A DNA stretch of 64,000 nt. It comes from Lytechinus pictus. Lineage: Eukaryota. Made by a program: the position numbers and the translations under genes. Under the pieces are notes generated by a model. It made no database searches. It was not told the origin of the DNA and was given only the letters and a program-made list of their open reading frames with translations. Below, one piece after another: positions 36,294 through 50,494 of the stretch (positions are counted from its first letter, which is position 1; each line of letters starts with the position of its first letter). The stretch spans positions 6,450,001 to 6,514,000 of the forward strand of contig NC_087250.1 in assembly GCF_037042905.1 (NCBI RefSeq), in the 5' to 3' direction.

Positions 36294-39150
36294 GAAACTT
36301 AATATTCAACCCGTTATCGTCATCATTTTCATTTTTACTCTCTAAAGTCGTTTTAAAATCTCCTTGATAGTGAAGTCAATGCAGCAACTAACAGGTCGGT
36401 CTGATCGGTTTTGTTAATGTAACTGGCAGCTGTCCCGCCTTATCCCTTTCTTTATTTTCCTCAAAACATCTGATATTGCTGTACATACTCCGTTTACATT
36501 TTCTATTACCAATGGTTGGATTTAGTAAAGGAAAAACATCCTCTTTGAAAAAAGAGATAAATCTTTAGAGGAATAAAGCGTTATTATCACATTTTTTGCT
36601 TCTTCCTATTTTATTCGAGGAGAATATTGAACGATTCATATCTTTGTAAGAAGTTTAGTATGATACTGATAAGCATAACAATGTCAATCATTTCTTTAAA
36701 AATGGTTTGGGTTATAAAAAGACAAACGAATATGGCCCGTTATTTACCAGATCTTAACTTTATGAAGAGAGAGTTTGGCTGCAGAAGAAATGCAATTGGT
36801 ATGATCACAACAATTATTTTTGAATGATGATGACTCTGATCGCAATAACATTAAAGTGATTAAAGGAAAATATTCATATCTTTATACATATAATAGAATT
36901 CACTGAGCAAAATGCCGAAAATTTCATCAAAATCGGATAACAAATTGTAAAGTTATTAAATTTAGTAATATTTTGTGAAAAAGAGTCGTCATGAATATTC
37001 ATTAGATGGGCTGGTGATGTCACATCCCCACTTTCCGTTTTCTTATGTTATTACATAAAATCATAATTATTTCATTATTTCATACTTGTGTGAATAATAT
37101 GTCTCCCTTATAATGAAATAAATATCTAATGCATTAAATCAGTTGTCAATTCAATTTTTCTAGTGCTTGGAGGAAAAAAAGATTGAATAAACCTAATTTC
37201 ATATAATAAAATACAAAAGATCAAGTGGAGATATGACATCATCAGCCCACCTAATGAATATTCATGACGACTGTTTTCACAAAATATTGCTAAACTTTAA
37301 AATTCAATAACTTTATTATTTTATTATCCGATTTTGATGAAAATTTTCAGTATTTTGCTTAGTGAATTATGCTCTATTTATAAAAATATAAATACTTTCA
37401 GCCCAGACAATCCCTTTAATAATAATAAGAAGAAGGTGAAGGAGAAGAATAATGATAATAATAATTACAATAACAATAACAATAATGATAATAATGATTA
37501 TGATAATAAGCATACTAATAATGATAATAATAATGACAATAATAAATGAATAAATAAATAATGTGTGATGATTGTAGTGCGCAGACGAGAGTTGGAAATG
37601 ACAGCCTTCTTTATTCATATATTCATAGCGAGAACAATTTTTTGAGAATGCTAAAAACAAAGTATAAGACCTTTCCCCCGCCCCCCCCCCCCCAAAAAAA
37701 AAAAAAAAAAAAAAAATCTTCTACAAATCGTGCACATTTGCAGGCAGAGAAAAAGCCTTGACACAAGAATACTACCATACCGGCTTGCAAAAGACCCGAT
37801 CGATAGCTCATGAATATTCATGTAACAATAGCGAATGGGCGAGAAGTGTTGGGTGAGGAACATCGTACCACTCTGTCATTTGTCAATTCCGAGCTGAATG
37901 CCTTCGCACATTCGCCTTTGCTCTGCCCACAGAAGTACGTGTATTGCTACACACAACCGTTATATCACACGTGTCTATAGGGGAAATCTTGATTCAGATC
38001 GCGGCAATATCCGAAATCAACTCTTCAAAATATTGATGCAAAAATACAATTTTACTCAAAAAATTTCTATGTAAACCATTATTTTTTATATGATGAAATG
38101 AATTGTGTATTCCTTGCCAGTATAACAACATAAAAAGCACAGAACATGGTGTTGATTTTCTGGCTGTAAAATTGGTTAAACAAAAAAAAAGTTACTTGGG
38201 CACGTATACATGCCAATGGCATTAGAGGCCTAAGGGCACAAATAGCTGTCAATGGCTCTTAAAGAGTTAAATTATACCAAAGAAAAGTTCAAATTCTTAT
38301 TAAAACGTGAACTAAAATGGCAAAGAAAAATACTTTTTTTTAAGGGGTTATTTCCTATTTCAGTTTAGTTGCAAAGGGGTTAGGTCCACACAGATTTTTT
38401 TTTTTTGGAAAAGAATAAAAATTTTGAAGACAGGTAGATTTCTCTTATAACCAATTTTATGTACTCATGGTAGGGTATCATAAAAATTCAGTTTCGCATA
38501 AGAATATTGCAATATGGGAGAATTGGAAATAAACGATTTTCTTGGAGTGGACCTAACCCCTTTTGCAACTAAACTCTTCTAAAGAACTCATTTGTCAAAA
38601 GGAGTTTGGTACATTTTTAATAAATTTTATTGTTTTCTGTCTCTAAACCTCTAAATTTTCAATAGTCACTCTGATGATACCAAAAACAATTTGAAATTCA
38701 AATGAAAACGTGAATGAAAGTGGCAAAGAAAAAAAAATCGCTTTTTTAATCAAAAGAGATTGGATTCATTTCAATTTACTTGCAAAAGGGGTTAGGTCCT
38801 TAATGACAATTATATTTTTATTATATAGGAAAAAAATGAAGACAGGTAGATGTCTTTTATACCCAATTTTATGTTCACATGATAGGGTAGGATATCATGA
38901 CAATTTAGTTTCTCATAAGAATATTGCAATAAGTGAGAAAAAACATATTTTTTTCTCGGAATGGTCCAAAGTGGATCTTACCCCTTTCGCAACTCAACTC
39001 TTTATATGTACTACTCAATTTGTTAATACCTTTAGGATTTTCTCCTTTAAGTTTTGAATAATAATTCCGTTTGAAAAACATTTCGTTATTCATTTGATTT
39101 AATATAGCTTAATCATCATATACACTAATTTGTTTCCATTTTTACTTCAG

Positions 39151-39671
39151 ATTAGTAAACATAAGCCTGGTAATGACGTCAATGATGAGATGACTATCAG
39201 GTTGTGGAACTGTCTGAGATCCTTCAACTTACTGACCCATCTAAGCATCTCAGACTCATCTCTCAGTTTCCCTCCATCACCCCCTCAACTACTATCCGTC
39301 ACAGAGCTAACAGCTGAGAGAGTGACGTCACAATGCTATGAAGGACTGATCTCATCGCTCCCTGGCTTGGAAGATATCGATATCGCTATCGATGATGCAG
39401 AGGGAGACATACCCCAGATCACGGCTGGTCTTCGTCGGACAGGAGGACAGAACCTCACACGCATCAAACTTTGCGCACCGCAATCAATCTCATCAGAAAA
39501 TAGGTCTGTATCGAGAGAGACCGTGAGAGGACTGGGTCTGCTGATCAGACAACACACCAAGAACTTGCAGTGGATTGGTTTGTCTGGTGTTATTGGTTTG
39601 AATGAAGAAGATCTTGCTGAATTCCTTGAGTCGTCGACATCTTTGGCATCATTGGCTCATCTGAATCTAGA
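39151..39671 (+). CDS. Large LRR exon B2 (521 nt)
   Basis: Duplicate of B1 with S>N, A>E, K>R and I>V changes; AG/GT intact. Confidence 0.9.
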
Positions 39672-40462
39672 GTGAGTCATTTTTTTTAATTTTAATCAAC
39701 CATACAGCTTTATCTCTTGCCGATATCAACAGTTACTGTCACTGTACGGAATGTCAGAAAACAAGGTACATTGTATTTGTTTTTTTATTTCAGGTTTAAT
39801 TTCCGCAGGGTATTCCTTTCAGTTATAGAACTGATTTACAAAGAGGCCCTTCAACGATGAAAAGAACATACATATTTTACAATGGACATATAAACAGGAT
39901 AAAATCATACTATGAAAACAATATTAGGAAACATATACATGCAAAAACAAAAACAAATATATAAGAAAACAAGGTACATGTATAGATAGATATTTGCTTC
40001 CATAACAGCATGTTAGATATAGTCTGCTATGCAGACTCTGAATGGCTCGTAAAGTGGGATCTGCAGCTGGTTTGCGAAGCAAACCAGCCTGAAAGGGCGA
40101 GCGAAGCGAGCCACTTCCACATCTGTAGCTCCAGTAGACCTAGTCTGCTATGCAGACTCCTTGAATCAGCTCAGCTGCTGTGATACACACACTGCAGATG
40201 TGGGTTTACATTTGTAGACTTTGTTAGATCCATGTTAACAGGAAGGCGACTCTGACTTGTAAATTGTAACTTAGATCGGCTACAAAGATTTGGCACATAA
40301 TTTAGTCCGTCTTTTTTTAATATTACTAAATTGACTTTGCAGCAGCCATTCGGATGTCCTCAGAATAGCTCGAAACCATAACCTACATCCCTCTGACCCT
40401 ATCTATATCGGGAGTGACAAAAGCAATTTGAAGTAAAACAATAGTAGTAGTACTACTACTAC

Positions 40463-40502
<40 letters not shown>

Positions 40503-41761
40503 CGCAGTAGTAGTAGAATAATGATATTAGCAATAACAATACTTAATTGCCCAGGTGCTCTCTGCGTTATTACGACATTAATTTCACGATGATTTATGTG
40601 GTTGGCAAAATAAATATATGCCCCCATATTTGTGGCTTATCTGTATTATGTCTTCCCACTTGAAGAGGTCCGTAAATAATAATAATAATAATAATAATAA
40701 ATGTGATTTGTAATGTGTAAAATCCATTCTGCAGAGTGCTCAAGGCGCAGTAAAAGAAAAAGAGATAGAGAACAATACAAATAAAAAATATAAATTAAGG
40801 AACAATCAAGAACAGGAAGCATTAGACAGACGAAGTGCAATCACGGATAAGCAGGGGAAGGCCATTCCAGTGAACAGGGCCAGCGTGAGCAAAAGCCCGT
40901 GCCCCCATGTCTTAGCAGATTAGGGAACAGCTAAGAAACCAGAGTTGGATGAACGAAGGGACCTGACAGGAGTGTATTTGTTAATCAAATTAGTATCGTG
41001 GAGCAGAATCATTAATTGCAAAGAATACTAGAAGATCAATTGAGGGCCTACGAGACCGCTGTTATGTAATTGCTTTGTGTTACTATTATCGAAGGGTAAT
41101 CAATTACATAAGAAGATTTTACCACATTACCCATATAAATGAAAAAAAAATTAAAGTCTACAATCATTATTACCTTTTGATACCGGCACAGAGTAAAAAA
41201 ACCTCATAGCACTCGTTGAAGTTTTATTAACAACCCAAAAAGAACATCCACGATTAGCTACTAAAAGAATGTTTATCCAAAAAAAATACCTCAGCGGAAT
41301 AATCTCCGGGATGTAATAAAAAGTTTATTTTTTTCCTTGGGGGGGGGGGCAGACATGACGAATGGAACCAAAACAAATATTTTCAAACAATCTGGGAGTT
41401 ATCAAAACTATTTTTGATACAAAAATATAATTTGGTCATATGGATTTCGGCATATTATTCAGAAAATGATATAATTTTCACGTTGTTCCTTTCCATTTTT
41501 CTCAAAGTTCCGGGGGCCATAACCCGCATGCCCTTCCTATCTGTACTTTAGTGGCGAAAGCGATTTAAGTAATTGATGAAAAGTTCAACGTTATATGAGC
41601 TTACGCTTTCGACGGCATAAACACATCAATCCTTTGTGCATCAGTGGTATCAGGATCAACATCGACATCAAGATTCCGATGACACAGGTTCTCACCTGAA
41701 TAATGTGCCACTATTTTCCCTCTAACCAATTTCGATTTTCTATATTATTACCATTATACAG

Positions 41762-41810
41762 ATGTCTTCATAGTTGGTGTTTCAACTTTGATGAACTGTC
41801 AGGCGTTCAG
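41762..41810 (+). CDS. 49-nt micro-exon b2
   Basis: Identical to b1; AG/GT intact. Confidence 0.87.
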
Positions 41811-42949
41811 GTAGGTATATTGTCATGATTGTGTCGGTCCTGTACTTACCGAATATCGCCTTGAATTCCAAAGATGTTTTAACCAACTTATATCAGGCTA
41901 AGTAATTATGGGTATAAAAATATAGGAATGTATTCCTATATCAACAATTGATTTTAAAAAATCGTCATTAAAAAGATTTTTAAAAATATATATGTTTGGT
42001 GGGGACACATTATTGCCAAAGTCCAATTGAAATTTTATATTTTCAGATTTGCGAAACAAAATACTTTTAAACATAATCTTCATTGATTGGTTTTATTTTT
42101 CACAGTTTTTTTGTTTGTTTATATTTCTGTTATTTCAAAATATCTGATTAATTTCAAACAGATGTAAAGCTTTGTTGATTGGTCAGTAATGTAAACCTTA
42201 TTCGAATATTTCATTAGCTATTCAATGCTTTTTTCCCCAGTAGAATATAAATTTGGCATTTTTTCGCCCCATATGAAGAAATTTAGATCTGGTGTCCTGT
42301 TTTTGATGCTTTCATGTTTATTTGAAATAGCAGTTAGAATACCTCTCTTACATATGTATTGATTGGATATTAGAAAGCGACTTAAGAAGATTGGCTTAGA
42401 TTTTCAACCCATCCCATGATCGAGATTTTTACTTAGTCAAGTCAAGAATACGCAAGGGGGTAGGTTGCATCGTTTTGAATTAAGGCTTTTACTTAAATCG
42501 TTTAATTCACTTAATCATTGACCCTAATATATTTTTATCTAAAAAAATCACACCACAACCATTTTGGGAGCACATGCATTAAGAAGGTATGGTAAACACA
42601 TTGTATAATGACACACGGTTTGGGGGATTTAGCTAAACTAAAGATTCGCTTCTATTTTTTTTTGTGAAAAAAAAGTTATCCATATATCACTTTCAAAAGG
42701 ATTTGCTCCAGAATGTCTCCCTTTAATTGATTTTTTTAAGTGTATAGATATTGATTCGAAAAACTCTCTCTGATTTCGGCGGTATCCCCCATTTTCATTA
42801 CTATTATTTTTTCTTTCTTTTTTTGCTGAAATACCTGCAATTCTCTTCATGAAATGCATAAAACTGTGGAGAATAAACATTATCGTAAACTTATCGGTTT
42901 AACACAACATAATTGTTATTCATCTTTTCTATATTATATTTTCCATCAG

Positions 42950-43251
42950 ATTACCAAATGTTGTCTATCTTCTGATATGACTACTAGAATATGGTCCTGT
43001 CTCAGATCCTTCACCTCACTTAACCATCTCAGAATCTCAGATTCATTGCTCAGTTTCTCTTTATCACCTCCTGAGCTACCGTCCGTCACAAAGCTATCAG
43101 CTAATAAACTGACGTTACAATGCTATAAAGGGTTAATCTCATCACTACCTGGGCTGCAAGATATTGATGTCCAAGATGCAGCTAGAGATGACTTTGTTGA
43201 ATTTGTCGAGTCTTCAACACGTTTCTCATCACTGCTTCGACTTGAGATAAA
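42950..43251 (+). CDS. Shortened LRR exon C1 (302 nt, phase 0 to 2)
   Basis: ttccatcag / gtgagt; ITKCCLSSDMTTRIWSCLRSFTSLNHLRIS...LLRLEI. Confidence 0.88.
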
Positions 43252-45072
43252 GTGAGTTTTCATATTCTCATTATTTGCCAAGGATGTTCATTGTTACAAT
43301 AGCCGTATACAATGTTCTGGTTATGTGTTCAAGGCGCTCTTATATTAAACCGATAGAGTCAAGCGCCCCGCCCTTTTCTTAAAACGGTCATTTATAATCG
43401 GACATCACGCTGAATGTAATATGTTGGCCTATTGTAATATCCTAAACTGATTAAACAAATCGTTTTAGGTAAACTTTAATGATATCACAATACGTAGTAG
43501 GTTACACGTAGTTTAAAGTAGTTCCAATTAAACTGAATTCCGTTTTCATCGCTCTCATTTATACCGATACAGGATGTGCAGGCAGGAGGCAACATTATTC
43601 GGAAAATATGTTAAGAAAAATGGTCGAGGTACCCTTAAGGATTTTCCTCGCTCGTAGTCAAAATTCACCTTTACAGCTGGTTGGTTGGAAATTATTAATT
43701 AAAATAGGAGCCATAAGGTATATCTTACAAAGTTATACGTCTATTACATCACGCACAGCCCTTTCTCGCATATCAAGATGCGGAATTATAGTTCAAAGTG
43801 TAATTAGAGTTTTACAAAATAGCCCAGATTTAGAGGGCTATTTATTCCATCATTCTAGTTAACGAGATGGTCGAATGTATAAATTTCATTTGTACCAACG
43901 TAAGCTTCATCTGATGACAGTAGATAGGTATCTCAGGGAAGTGAAAATCTGAGACTATGTTGTTTGTTCGGAGAGTTACAAAGTCAAGTGCCAAAAGAGT
44001 CATATTCCGTTTTTGCCGGTAGCCTGAAAATTTATGATCGTTTGTCATATTGATCTTTCTTAAAGTATAGTTATCTCCTAATGTGGATACTCTTTTGCCT
44101 TTTCGCTTTAATCGGTTGTAACATAAAATAACATAGTTCATAATAGCAAGTTGGATAAACTAGGCAATAAAGTAATAACGATCCTTTAATAATATCCTGA
44201 AAAATAGCGGAGATTCTCTTATCTCCATACACTAACCTGAATACAAAACACACTTCATGGGCTAAATAAGCGACTCGCATGCCTTCCGTTATTTATAAGT
44301 TCATTGGTAGCTAGTTGGGCACTGCTTTCCGAATGGTTTTCTATCATCATAGCTCCTAGAGATGACTTTTGTATCTTCTCTATAAATCGATTTTCCTAAA
44401 TTCATCTCACTACGATGTGTTGACGCTTGAAGTGATTATTGCACATTACCTTCATAACAATATCTAACATGTCTAACTATTGAAAATTCAACCATATCTT
44501 TCGTGTTTTGTCTATTCGATTGAATTCTGAAGTCGCTTGTCTAATTTCCTCCATCACAATGGCGATTTCTTTTTCCTCCATGAATTATATGTTCTGTTAT
44601 GTTTTATCGACTACGCTTATGAAAATAATGATACGAGGTAAAAAAAATTGTAATGTGATGAAGTCTCATTCTGATCAATATGATCACGATGATCACCATG
44701 ATCAGTAATGAATCTCGAAATACCTCTTTTATCAAGCATCAGTTTTGTATATACCGAGATAGTGACTTGTTTACTGCGCTTGATATGAAAATAATCATCG
44801 GAGAATCGACAACAGACATTTTGTTTTTGGTCCTCTCTCACTTTATCTCTCTCTTACCGGTCACAATTCCAATGTTAGAACATCCAAAGAGCAACCCATT
44901 ACAGTGTTTGTCACAATATTATTGTCGTTATACCTATAATTATGAAAATATCATTATGATTATCAAAATAACTTTAAAGCTTGTAACAATTTTCGAGGCA
45001 CTTAGTACACATCTGAATAATGTTTTATGGTTTATTATCATTCAGAGGAATTTCATTTTTTCTACAATTTAG

Positions 45073-45121
45073 AACTCTTGATGAATGGCATTTCGACTTT
45101 GATATCGCAGAAGGTGTTCAG
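45073..45121 (+). CDS. 49-nt micro-exon c1 (TLDEWHFDFDIAEGVQ)
   Basis: caatttag / gtgagc; phase 2 to 0. Confidence 0.87.
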
Positions 45122-45179
45122 GTGAGCATAGGTGTATTAAGTGGATGTATATCATTTGTGTAACTTGGTGGTTACTATA

Positions 45180-45965
45180 CAGTGCGTCCTTTATCACAAA
45201 TACAATAGACAAATGACCTACCATTTTAAAGCTTAGAATCTCTTCTTTCATCTGAAACTACTTAGATTATTTCTCATTCACGCATGAGTGAGCAAAAACA
45301 ATTTGAAAATGGGATATCAAAAAAGTGACTTGGCCTGCCGTATTTGGGTTTTAAAAAGAAAACCACATTCTTAACAAGTTCAATATCTGCTCTTTAATTT
45401 GATACCTCAATTACAGAAAATGGTCAAGAAATAAGAAAGTTTTGGTTATTTGAAAAAAGGCTTGAATTTCAATAATTTCATAAACTGAGGAAGTTTTACA
45501 GGCTATAGCGTTCAAATTCACTCGACACTCCGTTTTGTTGACGATCAGCCATGCATTAAGTCTTTTGTTACCGTGCGATAGCATCTGTGGGAGAACGGTG
45601 AAAAAAACCCCGTTTATTTAATGAAGTTATGGAAATACAAGCGTTGTTTCGAGGGATCATAACTTTTTTACTTCATGGCCATTTTCTGTGATTAAGGTAT
45701 CAAAGAAAAGAGCAGATATTTAACTTTTTATTCATACGATTTTCTTTTTGAAATTGAGATACGCCCCGTCAAAATGAGTTTTTGTCATCCTTTATTAGAA
45801 TTGTTTTTGCTCACTCATGCATGAATGAAGAATGATCTAGGTAATACCAGATGAAAGAAGAGATTCTAAGTTTTACATTGGAAGGTCATTTGTCTATGTT
45901 ATTTATGATTAAGTTATGATAAATCATCGCTAAATCTCGGTTTCGTTTTTTTCTGGGACGCACTG
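45180..45965. mobile_element. Tc1/mariner-like MITE (TA TSD)
   Basis: TA|CAGTGCGTCC ... GGACGCACTG|TA with long imperfect inverted arms. Confidence 0.88.
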
Positions 45966-46759
45966 TATAACTGTAATGATATCATGGGCAGATCCAGCTT
46001 TCATCAATTGAAAGGGGGATATTTTCCACATGTCCCCCACCCCCGGCCGCTAAAAGCTGATATTTGCTTCTTTTAGAGGGTAGGCAAAAGAAAGACTTAT
46101 TTATAAAGAATATCTCAACTTTATTAATGCGAGCGCAGAGCGCCTGTTCTTTTTTTTTCATGTTTCCATACCTTGAAATGGAATATTCTAAACAATTTTG
46201 TAATGTTAAACTTGTGTATATGAGTGCGCAAAGCTCTAGTAGAAAATGTTCATGCAGTGACTTTGAAATGAATCTGTTTGGAACTGTTTGCAGGGAAACA
46301 TTTTGAAGGAGAATCAGACATATTACGTGAAAGTTTGAATTATATCAGACAACAAAGATTAATTTTCAAAAGCTTTAACAATTTCAATTACAATAGATAT
46401 GGAAACTTTAGATTGGTCCCATTGGGTATTTAATAGTGGTGTAAGACGAGGAATACTCCTCACTAAAACATTTAATATGACTAAAATGCCATTGTTTTTA
46501 AAGTTCAATTCGAATTCTTTTTTTTTTCATGAAGTCATTTACTAAGATAAGCTACTTTGTTGATATTTTTACTACCCCAGGGGAATAGTTACATCAAAAA
46601 ACCGTGATATTAATTTAAATGGCATAATATGATGCGGTTTTCTTACTACTAGTCATAATTTTTTCACCAAGTTCACAATTCGACATTTGAATTGTCTTAC
46701 CGTTCTTGATTTTAAAGCATCCAAAACTTTCACCTGTGTATTTCTTTTTTTTAATCACA

Positions 46760-46925
46760 TACTGTAAAAAATTAAGTGCTAATTTAGAACTGAAAGTGCT
46801 TGTAGAGTGAGTGCACTACGAGTGCTGATTTTCTTCTTCAAATTTAAACTAAAAAATCGGCACTCGTCGTGCAGTCACTATACAAGCAGTGTAAGTGCTT
46901 AATTAGCACTTCATTTTTAAATTGT
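46760..46925. mobile_element. About 165-bp palindromic MITE with CACTA/EnSpm-like ends
   Basis: About 75-bp imperfect inverted arms (AAGTGCTAATT...GCACTACGAGTGCTGATTTT / AAAATCGGCACTCGTCGTGC...AATTAGCACTT). Confidence 0.65.
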
Positions 46926-48301
46926 AAGGTCCTTACCGTTTGTGGTTATAAAAAGGCATAGAGTGTTTTGCTTTCAGGCTGGAATATCTTTTTAGCTCGC
47001 GCTTCGCACTCGCATTATTCGATGTATTCTATTTATTCATGAGTCACTTTTCTGGTCAGTATATTTCAGCTTCGCGCTCGTGTTAATCATTTAGTTAGAT
47101 GCACATTTTTTTAATTATTGTAAAAAGAACTCAACATGTTTTATTTTCATTTCTTATTGAAATTTTCCAAGAGTTTGAGCTTGCGATTCACGCTCGCAAT
47201 ACCTCCCACGGATGCCCTTTTAGCAGTAATTGACCCACCCCCCCCCAAAAAAAAAAAAAATTAATAATAAAAAAATACGAGTTTTACAACATCAGCTTTT
47301 AATTTCTTTCCAAACCTCTCGCTCGTTACACTCCCTCGCGAAAAATAAAGTCTAAATATATATCTTACCGTAATCAGAAATCACTTCAAAAAGGCTTTGC
47401 TCTACTTTACTTTTCTTCTCTTTTTTGCCTTCTTTTGCCGCTTTTTTGCCTTAACCACAAACGGTGAGGACCTATAGCTGACTTGAAAAAAAAAGATATT
47501 CTAAGCACAGACTGAAATCACGAAAAGGATGAAGATCTCACTAAACAAATAATTCGAGCGTAAAGCGCAAGTATTCAAGAAAAACAATGTCATGAATATT
47601 GAATGTCTAAACATAACTTGTAAGAGTAAACAGGATATCATGTTTATTCATTAGTAATACAAAAAAGGTATATGAAATTAATTTGAATACTCATTGTATT
47701 GATCTAGTTTCGTAACAATATGCTGACGAAACATAATAGTTATTCAAGCAATTTGCGCCGTGATTTTTTTTTCATTTTGGGGCACTAAGGATTCAAATTT
47801 AGATCTGGCCCCCAGATTCGGTATTTTTCTAATGTTTATTAAAAAAAAACCCGCTAAAGTACTTACTTGACGTATTAAGAAATTTTATATTAGAAGACAA
47901 CTTATAGGCCTATAGATCAAATACTGAGATTTTAAGTTAATCCAATGATTGAGAAACCCTTTTTAAAAGACAAGACAAGATTACGCAGGGATTTTATGCA
48001 TCCTTTTTTTTTTTGTATTAAAGTTTGATGTAAAATGGGTAAATTTGACGATCAAACAATTTTTTTATCTTTGAAACTTCACACCACAGCCGTTTTGGTG
48101 CATATGCATTAAAAAGATATGACAATGGAATAGTGACATGTCATATGGGGATGGGAAGTTTACCCAAACTAAACGCTTCCATTTTTTTATCTATTTTATA
48201 AAACAAATATGTATATACACTGTATTTCTTGGTTTTTCTTTCAGATTTTTTTCAAATAAGTGTATATTTTCAAGCGTCTAAATAATTAATATTTCCTTCA
48301 G

Positions 48302-48603
48302 ATAACCAAATGCCATCTGTCTTCTGAGATGACTGCTAGAATGTGGTCTTGTCTGAGACCCTTCACCTCACTGAACCATCTCACCATTTCAGACTCATCG
48401 CTCAGTTTCTCTCTATCACCTCCTGAACTACCGTCCGTCACAAAGCTATTAGCTAATAAACTGACGTCACAATGCTACCAAGGGTTGATCCCATCACTAC
48501 CTGGGTTGCGAGATATTGAGGTCCAAGATGCAGCTAGAGATGACTTTGTTGATTTTGTAGAGTCTTCAATACGTTTGACATCACTGCAACGACTCAAGAT
48601 AAA
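48302..48603 (+). CDS. Shortened LRR exon C2 (302 nt)
   Basis: tttccttcag / gtgagt; older duplicate of C1 whose downstream intron is still alignable. Confidence 0.88.
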
Positions 48604-50494
48604 GTGAGTGTTCATATTCTGAGCTCATTATTTGCCAAGGATGTTCATTGTTACCATAGCCGTATACAATGTTCTGGTTATGTGTTCAAGGCGCTCTTAC
48701 AGGGTGTATATTAAACCGATAGAGTCGATAGAGTCCCTTAAAACGGTCGTTTATAATCGGACATCACGCTGAAAATAATATGTCGACCTATTATAATATC
48801 CCAAACTGAAAAAAAACCCGTTTAAGTCAACTGTAATGAGATCCCAATACGTACTAGGTTACACGTAGTATTATATGTATAAAGCATTTCAAATTAAACT
48901 TTATTCCGTTTTTCATCGCTCGCATTTATAACGATACAGGATGTGCAGGCTGGAGGCAAAATTATTCGGCAAACATGTTGAGCAAAGTGGTTGAGGTACT
49001 TTTAAGAATTTTCCTCGCTCATAGTTAAAATTCACCTGGACAGCTAGTTATTTGAAAATTATTAATTAAAATAGGAGCCATAAGGTATATTAATGCAAAG
49101 TTATACGTCTATTACATCACAAAGTCCTTCTCACCCGCTCAGCCCTTTGTCTTATATCAAGATACGGAATTATAGTTCAAAATATAATTTGATTTTTTCA
49201 ATATAGCCCAGATTTGGAGAGGTATTTATTCCATCATTGTAATGAACGAGATGGTCGAATGTATAAATTTCATTTGTACCAGCGTAAGCTGTATCCGATG
49301 ACAACACATACGTATATGTGGAAAGTAAGAACCTGAGACTATGTTGGTTGTTCGGAGAGTTACAAAGTCAAGTGCCAAAAAGAGTCATATTCCGTTTTTG
49401 CCGGTAGCCTGACAAATTCATGATCGTTTGTTATAATGATCTCTCTTAAGGTAAAGTTACCTCATAATGTGGATTTTTTTTTTTGCCTTCTCGCTTTACT
49501 CGGTTGTAACATAAAATACCCTTGTTCATAATAACAAGTTGGATGAAATAAGCAATAAAGTAATAACGATCCGTTGAGAATTTTAATGGAGAAAATCGGG
49601 GGATATTCCCTTATCTCCTTACAACAAACTGAATACCGCACTCCACGGGCTCAATAAGTGTCTAGCCTGTTTTACGTTATCTTAAGTTCAGCAGTAGTTA
49701 ATTGGATAATGCTTTCGAATGGTTTTCTATCATCATTAGACCCAGGTATGTACATTCTCTTTAAATCGCTTATTCTAAATTCATGTCGCAATGACGTGAT
49801 GACACTTGAAGTGATTATTGCAGATGACCATTCACAACACTATTTAATGATGGTACTTGATATTAAACTAAAACGAACCATATTTTTCCGGATTTTTTAT
49901 CATTATTATTATTTATTTATTATCATAATTATTTATTTATTTTTTTTTTTTTTTTTTTTGGGGGGGGGTCAATTCTAAATGAAGTATAAAGTTGCTTGTT
50001 TTATTACCTCCATGGCCACGGCGATTTCTTTTTTCTCCAAGATATATTTGTTCTCTTATGTTTTATTGTTAATGATTATGATAACACTGATACGAGGTAC
50101 ATATTGTTTATATTGTGATTCGAATTGTATTTCTGAGAATTATGATCACGATGATAACTCTTATTGGTGATGTAATCTATTTTGATCGCCAAATACATCA
50201 CATTGTATGTATCAAAAACTTATATTTTTACTGCGCTGGAGCTAAAAAATGGTCATCAAAGATATGGGGAAAAAACCCGATAGACTCCCGTTCTTGTTCT
50301 TCTTCTTCTTCTTGTTCTTCTTCTTCTTCTTCTTCTTCTTCTTCTTCTTCTTCGTCCTTTACTTAGTCATAATTTTAATGAATAGAACATTACAAAAGCA
50401 ACTGGTTGCAGTGTTTGTCACAATAACATTGTTGTTACATATGATTATTAATTATCATTTATGTTATATATATATCTTTTTCTCTACAACACAG

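Larger units (their letters stand above)
28864..42964 (+). repeat. Recent tandem duplication B: 28864-36120 and 36121-42959
   Basis: Near-identical copies with offset 7256 at the start; 5-bp GTTGT junction microhomology; copy 1 has a 661-bp insertion and a deletion of about 198 bp. Confidence 0.95.

Noticed and set aside
15788..39671. Positive selection between the youngest exon duplicates
   Set aside because: About 6 replacement and 2 silent differences counted by eye is near neutral expectation and too few to test
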